A stretch of DNA of 64,000 bases from Eledone cirrhosa (GCA_964016885.1 OZ024743.1:95356001-95420000), one strand, 5' to 3'; shown: positions 40,072 to 54,190, counted from the stretch's first letter. Program-made: numbers and translations. Notes: generated by a model not told the origin, from the sequence alone.

Positions 40072-41609
40072 ATATCTTTATTGTTTCAAGTCCCAAAACA
40101 CTCAGCAAACACACTAAACTGAATGGCAACTATACTCATTCTCAAAATTTCGCAAATCAAACGCGGACCAGCAATCTTCCCAACCTCAGCATACCTAACC
40201 GGACACTACTGGCGACCTAATGGTAGTAGACATTTATTATCAAGCTGCAGCCGTCAAATTACGTAGTTTCTCTATTATAAAACCAAATTTATAATATATC
40301 TATGCAGAGATGAGGAGTGCATTTGAAACAGACTAAGTTGCTACATTCTTACAATGTTAAATTATCAATTGTTTCTGGTTGAGTTCTAGATACAAATCAT
40401 TCCAACATTTTAATATAATTTAGATATCAATAGTTTTTATAATTTTATGGATGAAGCAAATTTATCAACTTATATAGATCTATACAGTACCCAAACATGG
40501 GCTTGTCAAAAACAATATCTTAGAGAATAATAATGGATTTGTTTCGAATTCTTTTCCAGTATTATTCTTTGATAAAATATGTTACAGAAATGTTTTTCTT
40601 AAACACTGTCTGACATTTCACAAAGTTCAGCAGAGTTTTTTACATTCAATATAGTTGAGGTTGGATGAGGCTAGATACAACATGTTCTACCTAGCTGGCG
40701 TTAGTCATGGGCCGGAACATAGATAAGTAATTCAAGAAGGGTAGAGGGTGGGGGGAAAGCTTCATTATGGATACCGCAAAAGCAATTAAGTGAAAGACCA
40801 CCTTTGAGAGCAGAAAGCAAACCCTCAGATCAGACTGAACATCATAATGCCTGAACGATGAGAGCGGGTACACCAACTTCATGATCCTGGTGATGGGGCG
40901 TATGGATAACTAGTAGCCTCATACTACATAATGGACCATAAAACCTGGCTATAGCCTAGTAGCTGCTAGGCACAACAGAGAGTGATACTGGTGGAAGGGA
41001 CCGAAATCGTTGATATCTCCAGCCGACTGCTGATGAAAGAAATATCCCACTCTGTAAGCTGTATATAGAATATTCAATATACTTAATTATTCCCTGGTAA
41101 TTGGTTGGTAATGAGTGGATGTTCTAATAGGCGGTGACGTGAGAGCGTAAAAGACACGGCAGGCATTTTGGTGAGCTAAGCGACCTAATAGTATATTCTA
41201 CGTGAGATCACCTAGCAATGGATTTATGAAAAATGCAAATAAGGTTAATCACAGATTGATAAATATATCTGTTAGTGAATGATCAACTGATCTATTTACT
41301 CTTATTAAACACGTAGACACAGCATGGCAGAATCACTAGGTCCCTGCTTCCAATTCTTCTGTGGGTAAACAGAAATTGTTTGGAAGCCTATCAGATGGAC
41401 TGAGTCAGTAACTCAATGAGGTTGCCATGACATACACTGTTTTGAGCTGTATTTCCTCAAGAATTAGATTAACACTACACGTGTCTATGGAATACTCTTA
41501 CACGTTATTTTCATGAGCAGACTGTCTTGTTTGAAAAACTAACACACTCATTTGTGAACCCGGTGGTGCTCCATTCATGTCTACATATACACACACTCAG
41601 ACACACACT

Positions 41610-41649
<40 letters not shown>

Positions 41650-41884
41650 GATATAGATATATAAAGAAAAAAAGATGAAATCGAAAATGCAACTGGAGTC
41701 TTATTTAAAAAAATATATATATATTTATTTGGTTCCTTTACCGGTTTCGCAGTTCTTCTGCTTTTCCAAAGTAGAGTTGAGATGGAGGGTCTGTGGTTTT
41801 TCTCACATCTCTGCAGGTTTAGCTGGCCTCCTCCAAAGTATATCTCGTTTGAGGTGTCTTGGGCGATTTAATGATGGGGACCCC

Positions 41885-42034
41885 ATTCCTATCATCTCAT
41901 TTCTACAGCTGAGTAAACTGGAGCAACGTGAAATAAAGTGTCTTGCTTAAGGAAACAAGACCGGTCCGAGAATAGAACTTACAACCTTTCGATTGCAAGC
42001 CCAATGTTCTAACCACTAAGCAATGTGCCTTCAC
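41885..42034 (-). mobile_element. SINE family C
   Basis: Close match to 6945-7095. Confidence 0.85.
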
Positions 42035-42659
42035 ATTAAATAGGCTAACGTGATCACCTGTTGTTAGAATATTATAATAGTGAGGCACATCTTAAAAGAT
42101 ATAGAGTACAATTATGACAGTAATCACTTCGTGTGAAGAGGCTTGGAATGCCGGCTGTGAATTCCTTTCCATTAATCGACAGGTATTTAAATAACGTAGA
42201 CTCAGTATTTTCCTGAGGAAAAAAAAGGTATACTGATTGTAAAATCTGGAAGGTGAATATGAAAAAGTATATTGTGTCATATGTGTCCTTTTAATCATTG
42301 CAAGACATGTATTGGTCTGTTAGGCTATTCCTGGTTTTGGTTGCCGCAGGGAATGTGTCAGAAATAAATTACTTGGAATATACTTCTTAATTATATTACA
42401 ATTCTTAACTCAATGCAGAAGTTGTGGTTGTATATGCTGGTGTCAATAATGTTGTTTGTTGTCCTAGATACTCTTAACAATACATTATAGTTGAAACTAT
42501 ATTACAGCATTCTGTTTATACATTCTAGCAGAAAAAAAATATATCTGCAAATGTAGCTGCAGGTTAAGGAATTCCTGACAGCCCCATATTTGATATTTAG
42601 AACAACCATTATCAATGTATGATAATTGTTCTCATGTGTAAATCTGAAAATTTACTTTT

Positions 42660-42850
42660 TGAGAATTAAAAAAAAACGTGAAATTAAACTTAGAAGTTCT
42701 AAACAATATGTTTTAACCCAAAATAAACTGGATTTTATTCGATTTTAAAATGAATAAAATCCAGTTTTTAAAATTAAAATTTATTGTTCAAGGCTTCTAA
42801 TTTGAAATTCAAATTTATTCAAATTGTACGATTTTATTTTGATTTTCTCT
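42660..42850. repeat. Imperfect AT-rich foldback (MITE-like), centre near 42745
   Basis: AAACTGGATTTTATTC / GAATAAAATCCAGTTT and TTAGAAGTTCTAAACAATA / TATTGTTCAAGGCTTCTAA are mirrored. Confidence 0.55.
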
Positions 42851-43909
42851 CTTAATGTTTACCTGAATTGTAAATAACGTCATCCTTAAGGAATGCGTCA
42901 TAAAATTGCTCTAACAAAGCTTGCCGCACCCTTGAATCAACAAGTTAATCACTGCTCTATATAGAGCAGCCAACATAGCTTTACCTTACACATCATCATC
43001 TTTAAAAAAAAGCTACGCATTGGGTTAATAGATTCTCTATAAACTGTCTGACTAAAAGATGGTATAATTATGACTGGAAAAACTTCGATGTTCCTCTTAC
43101 TGGATCAGGAATGACATGGGGCTACTCAGTGTCACAACACCTCTTGTATTTTTACAACTAAAATCCCTATGAGGAATATATTTATAATATGAAAGTAACT
43201 GAACAGATGAATGAGACATTATAGAACTACTACATACTTCATAATTCTGAGCTTAAATCACTATGAAAGTGGCAGGTCTTCAATCAACTATAATTTTATG
43301 AAACTGACCGGCTGTTTGGACAATGGAATCAACATATTTTGACATAATACTTCCTAAACAATCCTTTTTCAAACATAAATCATTATTCTTCAAGTCTGTT
43401 GGTGGTTTTGATGTGTTATTATTGAAATACTAGAACAACTTTATGGACATGTCTATGTGCAAACCTGCATATATACATACAAATCTACTTATATACATGT
43501 ATACATACATGCATACATGTATACATCACAGACATGTATACATACTTACATACATATATTCATACATACATATACATACACATATATATATACATACATG
43601 GTGGATGCAAACACTGCTAAGAGTATTGCAATCGCTTGTCAGATTATAGAGTTTGGTGCACTTTTAGGCTACGGCCAGCCACACGAACCTGTAACATATC
43701 CTGAACAAGCAACAATGCTTGTGCTTTGAAAGTTTTTTTAAGTGGGGAAAGGCCTTGTACTCGACCAACCCCATTCTCTGAGCATTGAAAACACTACCCG
43801 AAAGGGAGAAACATACATACATACATACATACATACATACATACATACATACATACATACATACATACATACATACATACATACATACATACATACATAC
43901 ATACATACA

Positions 43910-44622
43910 TTATTATTTCTTCGATTATTATTATTATCGATAGTGTTTTCCCCAGCATTCGAGGTAGACTTAGATGGTCAAGTTTCTTACATGCATAGTT
44001 GTTTCAAGGCGCTGTTCGACCTGGCTGTTAGGAAGTCTATTAGCATGGCGACCTGTAGCACGTGTTGTTGATTCCATGTTTGTTGTGGGGGACTTACAAT
44101 TAATAATATTTATCTTATTTTTACGTTCAACAAACGTCGCTTGTTGGTGTGATTGTTTCGCTGTGAAATAATTTAGCTCTGGGTGCATTTCGTCCCAGTG
44201 TAGCTTCATTTTATTCATATAGCCAATGGAGTGATTGTTTTTTGCCATTTTATAACAATTAAATAAATCACTATTAAGTTCGCAACTCCAAGAGAAATGC
44301 GATTTATAATTTCGATTTCTTCTGTAGCTACAACTGAATAAAGTTTGATTACCTTCTTTGTTATTTGTCTTCGATACTTCCTTAATTTTTTTGTTGATGT
44401 TGTGTTCAGCCATGCTGTTTGTAGCAAATCCTTGTAAAATGAATTATGTATTTAGTCGGATATCTCTACGAATTCGAATAAAAGGTGTCTTCAGAAGGGA
44501 TAGTTAGAAGAATAACCAGTTATTCAACCTGGCTGTAGTTGTGGCATTACTGTCGGAATAGTATTCATCTTAAATTTAATAAATAGTCTCCCACGCCAAA
44601 ATATGCGACTGATCGCGTTGAC
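43910..44622 (-). mobile_element. 5' end (UTR + N-terminus) of R4/Dong-like LINE, inverted relative to the adjacent 3' end
   Basis: ORF 43970-44413: WSCELNSDLFNCYKMAK...GYMNKMKLHWDEMHPEL...KQSHQQA resembles the R4/Dong N-terminal W..N..CY..GY.KR...W...P...Q motif. Confidence 0.65.
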
Positions 44623-44639
44623 TGTATGTATTTATGTAT

Positions 44640-45206
44640 GGATATTATGATATGGGACAGGGAGAAGAAAACATGCACAGTAGTGGAAATTAGCTGCCCA
44701 ACAGATGCCAATATAATATCAAAGATTAGTGAAAAGGAGAATATTTATGCAGAACTGATGAGAAATCTGCAGATACCCCACCCTGATTACACCTTCAGAT
44801 TTATGCCTGCGATTATTGGGGCACTGGCATATGTTAGTAACTGCCTCAATACAAATCTTGAGAATCTAGGCTTCACGAGAACAGAAAGAACACAACTAGT
44901 TAGGAAATTACAAGTACAATCCATTAATGGAACAGTAAAAATATGTAAAACATTCCAAAAATGTTGCATCTAATAACTGCATATATACATGTACAGATAC
45001 TAAAGCATATACACATGCACACATACAACTCAAAACAACTACATCCACAGATACAATAACATCCATATCTACACATGCATGCAGGCATATGCATACACAA
45101 TCTACCTAGTTGATGTGTAAATTCCAATGAGAGAGTCTTGTGTCTATGTTAGAAACCGACTCTCTCTCTATTGGTAAAAATTTGTGAAATTATAAAACCA
45201 GACGAA
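44640..45206 (+). mobile_element. 3' end of R4/Dong-like LINE (restriction-like endonuclease + 3' UTR) followed by (CATA)n
   Basis: DIMIWDREKKTCTVVEISCPTDANI..K..EKENIY..L...PAIIGALA...LENLG...LQVQSINGTVKI. Confidence 0.85.
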
Positions 45207-45216
45207 CATACATACA

Positions 45217-45250
<34 letters not shown>

Positions 45251-45392
45251 CATAAATCATACACAAAACACCACCATCAACAATTTTCCAAGAGATGGCA
45301 ACATGAATGGACTTAGCTTCTATTAAAAAAAAAAAAATTCTGATTCCAGCCGCCCTCCACTACCCCTCAATCTTTCTTATTTCTCATTCTTT

Positions 45393-45430
45393 CTTCTGAC
45401 GAAGGACTAACGTCCGAAACGTTATGACTC
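45393..45430 (+). ncRNA. Minimal hammerhead ribozyme motif
   Basis: TCTT-CTGACGA-AGGAC(TAAC)GTCC-GAAACGTTA. Confidence 0.65.
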
Positions 45431-45514
45431 TCTTCCTTTTATTTCAAGCGTTAAATTAATATATTCCTTCCATATACTGTACCGTTTGTTTTGTTATTTC
45501 TGTTTACGCTTTCC

Positions 45515-45660
<146 letters not shown>

Positions 45661-45977
45661 ATGACCCTGGTGCACTTCGTAATTTACGTAAACACTCTCA
45701 AGAGTATAATATGCATTCATGAGGATGGCTTTTGGCCTGAAGCATAGGGTCCATAAACCTGGTACGATGCTACTATTTTGCAAATATAGAGATGTGGGCT
45801 CTTTATTGCTTGCAGCAGCATCGGAACTGATTACTGTGTAGAACCGCAATAGAGCCAGGTGAAGGGTGACGAGGATAGAAAATCTGCTTTACACTGAGGT
45901 ATATGTGGCTCCAACTATTTTATATTTTCCTAAAATATATCATGTTATATGTAAGTTTATCATTATTCTGTGAAACC

Positions 45978-46478
45978 AGGACGGTGGATTGGCAGTATCG
46001 GTAGAGGATCGGACACCATGCTTTGAAGCATACAGTTACCTCCCTTTATGAACTGATTTCAAATCCCGCCGAGGTTAACTTTGCATTTCATCCTTACGGG
46101 GTCGATAAAATAAAAGTACCAGTAATACACTGGGATAATTGCTGGCCTTGTGCCAAAAGTAGAAACAATTATTCTATGAAACCTTTTTACTTTTCAGAGT
46201 TGTACGAGAGTCGGCTGAAAATTACATAGGCTAACTATGAGGTTTGGTGTTAGAGCTGTGAAATCTTGCATCATTAATTTCAACATTTCTAGGGCGGTGG
46301 ATTGGCAGTATCGGTAGAGGGTCTGACGCTATGCTTTGCAGCAAAGAGTTACGCCCCTTTATGGTTTGAGTTCAAATCCCGCCGAGGTTAACTTTGCCTT
46401 TCATCCTTACGGGGTCGATAAAATAAAGTACCAGTAATGCACTGGATAATTGCTGGCCTTGTGCCAAAAGTAGAAACA
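45978..46478 (+). mobile_element. Two young SINE B copies (45978-46168, 46291-46478), each with its own TSD
   Basis: TSDs ATTATTCTRTGAAACC and ATTAATTTCAACATTTCT. Confidence 0.92.
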
Positions 46479-47482
46479 ATTAATTTCAACATTTCTTATT
46501 CATAATAGCATTGTTTCTTTCCAGGGGCTATGTTGAAAAATAAACGTCATTTGGTCATTCCATGAAACTCTCATGGTCAGCCTATGAACTTTTCAGCTGA
46601 AGCTCATTTTTTGTGGCAGATCACCTGATCTGAGACCGTATGTTAAATCTAGCGCAAATACATCATGGAAGAATCATTTAAATCACATTTGTAATAGCCT
46701 CGTAAGTGACTTGATCTTAGATGATGTGTTGTGTGTTAAATTGGGTACGTCGTAGAAAAATCCTTGTTGTCACATTTATACTTGTATGGAAAGTCACCTG
46801 CTTTGAGACCTTATGTGGAAACTACAGCAAATACATCGAGCAAGAATAATTTCTTAACCATTCAGAAACAAACAAGAACTGTACAACATAGTCGCTGACA
46901 CAGTCGCTGACACAGTCCCACATTGGCAGCAGCAATAACAGTAATAGTAGCAATAATTGTTTCTACTTTTGGCACAAGGCCAGCAATTACCCAGTAGTAT
47001 ACTGGTACTTTATTTTATCAGTAGTAGTGGTAGAAATACAATGTGGTTGGTGTCTTGTCAGTTGGACAGTTTTACGTTTCAGTCACCACTGAGCTCATTA
47101 AAATGCCTAATACCATAAATGAACCTTCTGTCCAACATTAATCAGCAGTTAACTAGTTATGTAGAACAGAGGAGGACGATGTGTTTAGATGTGAATAAAT
47201 GTGAATGGACGAATCACCTGGCATTGAATAGTCTACAGCAAGTTACCAGTAAATATAGACCACATGCAATAATTCAATCTAACCTCCATAAATGGAGATG
47301 GAGTAGTTGAATTAAGAAACTTTGGATATCGTCTCTATTTAGAAAATGGAATTAGATGACTAGACATTCATTTTACATGTACTTTCTTTGTTGTGCAGGG
47401 GACAACTTTCATTTAATTAATCAAAATGATGGAGGCCATAGGTGCACGAGATGAGACGCAACCTTCCACCCGCTATATAACA

Positions 47483-47772
47483 TTCCAGACCATCGCTATA
47501 TACCTTCCAGACCATCGCTATATATCTTTCCAGACCATCGCTATATATCTTTCCAGACCATCGCTATATATCTTTCCAGACCATCGCTATATATCTTTCC
47601 AGACCATCCCTATATATCTTTCCAGGCCATCGCTATATATCTTTCCAGACCATCCCTATATATCTTTCCAGACCATCGCTATATATCTTTCCAGACCATC
47701 CCTATATATCTTTCCAGACCATCCCTATATATCTTTCCAGAACATCCCTATATATCTTTCCAGAACATCGCT
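47483..47772. repeat. 23-bp minisatellite (CCAGACCATCSCTATATATCTTT)n, ~12 copies
   Basis: Units start at 47530, 47553 and onward. Confidence 0.95.
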
Positions 47773-48054
47773 TCAATTTATAATTTCTCATTTTTTTTAC
47801 GTTGTTCATGTTTTAATGTTGCACTAGTACCTTCTGTGTAATATTATACCGGGATGAGGCAGGGGGTCTATGTATGTCTATATACGTTAGAGAAGGCCAC
47901 CATAATACCATATTACATGAACAAGACCCTTCTAATTGTTAAAAGGTGAAAAAGAGAGTTTTTTAATAATTATAACAGTTTTTACCGACGTAAAACTTCA
48001 TCGAAACTGAGTATTCAAGTGAAGACATCTTGTGTATCTGGTACACTTATATTA

Positions 48055-48562
48055 TAGAGGGACAGACGCCATGCTTTGACGCATAGAGTTACGGCTCTTT
48101 AAGATGTGAGTTCAAATCCCGCCGAGGTTAACTTTGCCTTTCATCCTTACGGGGTCGATAAAATAAAGTACCTGTTATGCACTGGGTAATTGCTAGCCTT
48201 GTGCCAAAAGTAGAAACAATTATTATCACCATTGTCACTCTACGTGATAAAACGGATTCGTTTGAGTACACTTATATGTTAAAAGAAATATATTCTATAT
48301 AGGGACTGGAATTGAACATGTCAAAAATACCAAACTTGATTATCATTATCTATAAGTAGACTTAAAGTAATCATTAATAATTGTTTCTGCTTTTGGCACA
48401 AGGCCAGCAATTATCCAATGTATTACTGGTACTTTATTTTATCGACCCCGTAAGGATGAAAGGCAAAGTAAACCTCGGTGGGATTTGAACTCAGATCGTA
48501 AAGGGATGTAACTCCATGATGCAAATCATGATGTCCAATCCTCTAACGATACTGCCAATCCA
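48055..48562. mobile_element. Inverted pair of SINE B copies (48055-48222 plus; 48378-48562 minus)
   Basis: Core and tail motifs in opposite orientation about 155 bp apart. Confidence 0.9.
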
Positions 48563-49874
48563 CATGAATTTTCATTCCATTAGTTAAAATTCTACCACAA
48601 ATAATACCCCAAGGACAACATTTAAAATAATCCAAGTATTTACTATATTCTAATACATTATAAACATCCTGGAATATTTGGTTGAACAATCACAAACTTC
48701 AATATAAACCTCTTAGATCTCTATATAAACAGACACTAAATCTTGTCACCCTGACTCTGTCACGTTATATTTATGTATGCATATCAGTTTTCTATTTATT
48801 CACAAGTACTATGTACACGTTTGTGTTTGAGTATAGCATACGCGTCTAACATACATTCACAGACCTAAGAACACACACACAATATGTTGTATATTGTTTT
48901 TCATGTAAGTGTCTATATTCCTATATATTTATTTATACGTTTGTATATCAACATCTCTGTTGTATAGATTATTTATAGAAAACATTTATAAAAGAGAGCA
49001 CATTTTTATTTTCTTATCCTTTATTCTTTTATTGACCGTTATATGCTACAATAGGAAACATTTATATTCACTTAACATTGCGCAATATCTACAACCATGA
49101 AGTACAACTGTGCTGAGTCATCAATATGCTAATATGCTTTAGCTAAGATTTCTACTTTAGTAATTTAGATATAAAAGAACGATTCACTCTCAACTATAAA
49201 ACACTGAACTTTCTGAGACAACTCTAAATGTTCTGTTGATTTCTTCTCTGATTCATCTTTACATACTTATTCTTAACTATTTGGGATACTGCCACACACT
49301 GTAATTCCTGCGTGGAACATAAAGATATGAAATAACTTCCTATACCACATCTCAAATTTACATGTTTAAACATTGTTGTGATTTGATTTTTAACTAAAAC
49401 AATAAGAACACAATTCCTTATTATATACACACAGTTAAAACAATTTAATTCCTTAGTTTATCGATGTGTGTATGGGCCGTAACTACGTGTAAAGTCGAAG
49501 GAGCGCCGTAGTGACAAAGGGAATGTCTTAGGAATTTAAAGCCTGTTGGAGCCCATCCCTCTCCAGATCTGATCAGCCTATTTCTTCCAGAGAAGGTGAC
49601 AGAATGATAGAGAGCAACAACAACAACAGAGAGATGGAGGACAAATCTGTCCCTGTATTCGATTGATGCATTTTTTATCGAGATTGAAATAAAGAAAAGC
49701 AAAGTCGACGACGGCAGGATTAGAACTCAAAGTGCAGAGAATCGGAACAAATGTTACAAAGCATTTCATCCAATGTTTCAGTGACTCTACCAAGTCGCCG
49801 CCATTACTTCATCAATATATATCTAAAATCATTCAATAAAAGTCAACAGTTATATAGTATAGACAGCAATAATA

Positions 49875-50048
49875 ATTGTTTCTAGTTTTTGGCACAAGGC
49901 CAGCAAATACCCAGTACATTACGGGTACTTTATTTTATCGACCCCGTAAGGATGAAAGGCAAAGTTAACCTCGGCGGGATTTGAACTCAGAATGGCAAGG
50001 GCCGTAACTCTATGCGTCAAAGCATGGCGTCCGTACCGATACTGCCAA
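49875..50048 (-). mobile_element. Young SINE family B
   Basis: Near-identical to 25654-25843. Confidence 0.9.
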
Positions 50049-51052
50049 AATAATAATAATATCCTAAATGCACAAATAAAGATGTTATATAGGTAACAAT
50101 ACTTACTTTGTTTTACTAACAATGATTATATTGTATAGGCAGAGCAGCATTAGTGATGTTGTATAGGTAGTAATAGTTATGCTGTATAGGTATGTAATAG
50201 TTATAATGTATAAGATCAATAATAAATACCGTATAAGCAGCAAACGTTTTGTCATAAACGCAACATTAGTTATACTCCATAGATATGTAATAGTTCTATT
50301 TTATAAACAGCATTTCACTATAGGAATATTGTGATTATGTTTTAAAGGTAGCAATTGTTATGGTGTATAGGCAACATTAAGTATGTCAAAAAGGCAGAAA
50401 CGGCTACGCAATAGTTATGTTGTATAAGCAGCAATATATATGTTGTATTGGTAGCAATAGTTAGATGATGTATGTTAAATTGACAGCATAAAATCGATAT
50501 TCTCACATTCTCCACTGTTACTGAATCATTGTTCATATGATAAAATTCTAATAAATTGTACACTGAACTCAGTGTACACAATTCGCTGAACAGTGTATAC
50601 TCTACAATGTATACAACATACGTACACTTACACAATACACTTTCTATAATACACATAACACTGTACATTGCACATACTACATTTTACGTCAAACACATAT
50701 ACTGCACCAGAAATGTGCATTGCCCTCCAAAAACATTGAACATTATATACCATGTATTATGAATTGCAACATATACACTTACACTGTATATTCTACACTG
50801 TACACTGTACAATCTACACTCTAAACAACACATAAGATGTTTTGTACATCCTATGTACTGTGAACTCTACATTGTTCTCTATATACTGTACATTCTATAT
50901 TGGATTTTCTACACTGTACACTGTTATACAGTCTTCTACATTCTACAGTGGTACACGCCACTTCACACAATACACAGTACATTGTACCTTGTAAAGTGTA
51001 TAGTATAGAATGTATACATCACGGTATACACTTTACATTATTATATATGACT

Positions 51053-51789
51053 CTGGATTGACAGCATCGGTGGAGGGTCTGACGCCATGCTTTGACGCAT
51101 ATAGTTACGGCCCTTGAGATCCTTCCAAGAGGACGTGTCCAGGATGCGAGCAGGGCATTGAAACCGTCTTGCACGCAATTGTACACTGCCAGGGCGTAAG
51201 CGACTTATGGAACTATGCAGAACAACTGCTGTCGCGTTTGGGACAAATCCAGTTGACTGCCGAGTCCATAGTAAGGAGCAAACCGCCAGCCTCTTTCAAA
51301 AACGAAAGAGAGGCGGTGTTCCTCTGTACAGTGGCTATGGTGAAAGAGGTTATATGGTGGACGAGATTGAGAGGACTGAGGACAGATGCCTTTCTCTCCG
51401 GACAACAATTGATTCCCTTCTTTAAGTATCACTTTAGAAGAAGAATCAGAGTGGAGAAAGAGGCACTGCACCCCAGTAAATTTACTGAAAGGTGGGTGAA
51501 TGAAGCGAAAATGGCCCGAGTGATTGGGCCTTCTCTGTTTATAAACCTGTAGGTTAAAGAAGAGAGGTAGGTTAAGGAAGAAGGGAGCACTTACACAACA
51601 CGCTCCTGAAGTTGAGGGTTGTTCTATCGACGGGGTATTAAACAATCTGTTTGTAGCGCCTTCCCTCTATTGGGGATTTCAATTGTTGTAATTGTTTGTT
51701 TTTATATTTTTTACACGACTGTATGTAAAATCCCCGGCATGTCTTTGTATTGTCCCCTTTTCTTGTGCGCCCTTGTGGCTAATTAAGAA

Positions 51790-51790
<1 letters not shown>
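51053..51790 (+). mobile_element. SINE B head (51053-51116) joined to the 3' end of a Tx1/L1-clade LINE (zinc-knuckle C-terminus + 3' UTR) with (TCTA)n tail
   Basis: CPGCEQGIETVLHAIVHC...LWNYAE; stop at 51552; (TCTA)n at 51790-51862. Confidence 0.8.
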
Positions 51791-51862
<72 letters not shown>

Positions 51863-54190
51863 CTGCGCTAACCTGGAGTTGGGCAAACCTCAGCAGATCA
51901 TCTAGGTCGTACCTAGATAGGTTCTTAGTTAGAAATATGGATAAGGACTTTTAAGTTGTCCAAAAATGCGCATGGTTGGCTATTCAGACCACAAGTTAGT
52001 GACCTGCATGGTCAACCTTGACAGAACGCATAGACAGGGACCCGGTTACTGGAAGCTCAACTTGTCCTTACCGGCAAGTAAGGCTTACAGGGACCGGATT
52101 AGCACTTTAGTTAAGGTGCGGTTGACGGGCGCCGTCAACAGCAGGTGGTGGGGATCTCTCAAAAGAGAGATTAGAGTAGTCTCTATAGAATTTAGTAATA
52201 GAAATAGGAAGGAAAGGAGTGGTAGATAGTGTAGAAGAGGCAATTAGAAGCGGCGACGTGGCCAGTGTGCTAGCGTCGAGAACGGCCCTGGGCCAGTTCT
52301 TCGACACGAAACACGAAGGCTGCATCGTCCGAAGCAAAATACGTGCTCTGGGAAACGAGGGGACCAAAGCTGTTGGCTGGGCCCGCGTGACAGAAGCCAA
52401 AAGAGGGAGTAGATCCACTATCCGGTCTTTGCGAGACCAGGATGGACGGGTGATCCTTGAACCTAAGCAGATGTGCGAGGCTTTTCAAAAGCACTTTGCC
52501 AGATTGTTTGGAGGGGCGGGGAGCCGGTTGGGGAAGTGGACTACGGTTCATACCTCGACGGCCTGCCGAGTCTCTCGGACAGGGGGGCGAAGTCCTGCGA
52601 GGAGCCGATTTCAGCCGCTGAGATAGAGGACGTGCTGAGCCAATGCGGCAAACGCAAATGCCCGGGTGTCGATGGTCTTCCATACGAACTATATCTAGCT
52701 ATGCCGGACTTGTTCCCCGATCTCCTCGAAGCGGTCTACTGCAACTGGCAACAGAACGGGAGAATTCCCTGTGCTGTGACCAAGGGCGTAGTCACGCTAG
52801 TGAGGAATGACGAGAACAAGGGGGACGATATAAATAATGTCAAGCCCATAACTCTGCTAAATACAGAGTTACAGATTTTGGCCAAAGTGCTAGCAAAGAG
52901 GTTGGCGCTTGTCGTGGGCAACCTGGTGGGAGATGCGCAGACATGTGCTATCCCGTCCAGGTCCATCCATGACAACCTCCACCTCATGCGATACATCATA
53001 GAGAGGGTTGGAAACGAACCCGGCTTTGGTGGGACCCTGATCAACTTGGATCAATCTAAGGCGTTCGATAGGGTCGACGACGTAACAGTAATGGTGTCGA
53101 CGGCCTCGGAAATCGGGCCGATCTGCACCTTACTGAAGGAGTACGAAAGGTTTACAGGGGCTAAGCTGAAACGGGACAAGTCGACGGTCTGCAACTCAGC
53201 ACGTGGAGGGGCAAATCGATGCCCTCCGATGGCGTCGTCGGGCGCTGGTCGGAGGGTCCGGTGAAGTTGCTCGGGGTCTGGTTCGGACCAGACCTCCAGT
53301 TGGAGAAGAATTGGGTGAGATAACGAACAGGGTGTTTGCACTGACCCAGAAGTGGGCCGAGTGCAAACTGTCTCTGAAAGGTTTGGCGGAGGTGGCGAAC
53401 ACTTATATAGCGTCCGTCATCTACTACCGCCTGACCGTGGTTCCTTGCCCAAGTGAAACGCTCGCCAAAATGGAGCGCGCACTCTTCCAATTACTTTGGA
53501 AGAAGTGGGCTCCTATGGTGAGGAGATCCATCTGCTGTCAACACCCTTCGAAAGGAGGGCTGGGGATGCCGTGGCTGATGATGCGTAAACACGCATTAAG
53601 GCTACGGCACCTCCAGGTATTCCTCACCGGTCAACAGGTGTGGGCCCCGTTTGTGAGGCGAGCCTTTCCCAGACTCGTCTCGCTCACCGAGCTGCAATCC
53701 TGGGTCAAGCAAAGACCGAGAAAACTGGGCGCCTGGCACACCGAGTGTGCCCAGGCCCTCACGGCTCTCTGGCAGGTGTACCCGGCTGTCAGTGGAGAAT
53801 CCACCTCGTCATTCTATAGAGGGCTGGTGGTTAGCAGTTGTGACGACGGCCTCGGAGAAGCCCTAGGCATGAAGGAAGGCGAACTGGCCAACCTGTTCGG
53901 TAGGACATTCAGCCCGGGACCCATGGATAACTTCCAGAGGTCCCTGGCCTGGCAGTGCTACCGAGGGGCTCTGCCCGTTCGAGAAAGGCTCTACAGACAC
54001 GGGCGCCCGGGGAGGGACCCCTCGAAAAATATCTGTCCCAGATGCGTGTGCGACGAGGAAACCGTTGCACACGCATTGGTACACTGCTCGGACATTGCCG
54101 ATCTGTGGGGCTATGTCGAATGACTGCTGTCAAGGGTGGGACCGATCCGGTTGATCACCGAGTCTATTGTAACGATCAAGCCGCCTCCTC
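51863..54190 (+). pseudogene. Tx1/L1-clade LINE ORF2 fragment (APE end, RT with internal deletion, zinc knuckle), frameshifted
   Basis: SYLDRFL, YSDHKLV, GPGYWKLN, KCPGVDGLPYELY, KPITLLNTELQILAK, DQSKAFDRVD, KGGLGMP, CPRC..EETVAHALVHC. Confidence 0.92.

Noticed and set aside
40640-41040. RTE-like 5' UTR fragment
   Set aside because: Impression only; no second copy or coding motif in the window to support it.
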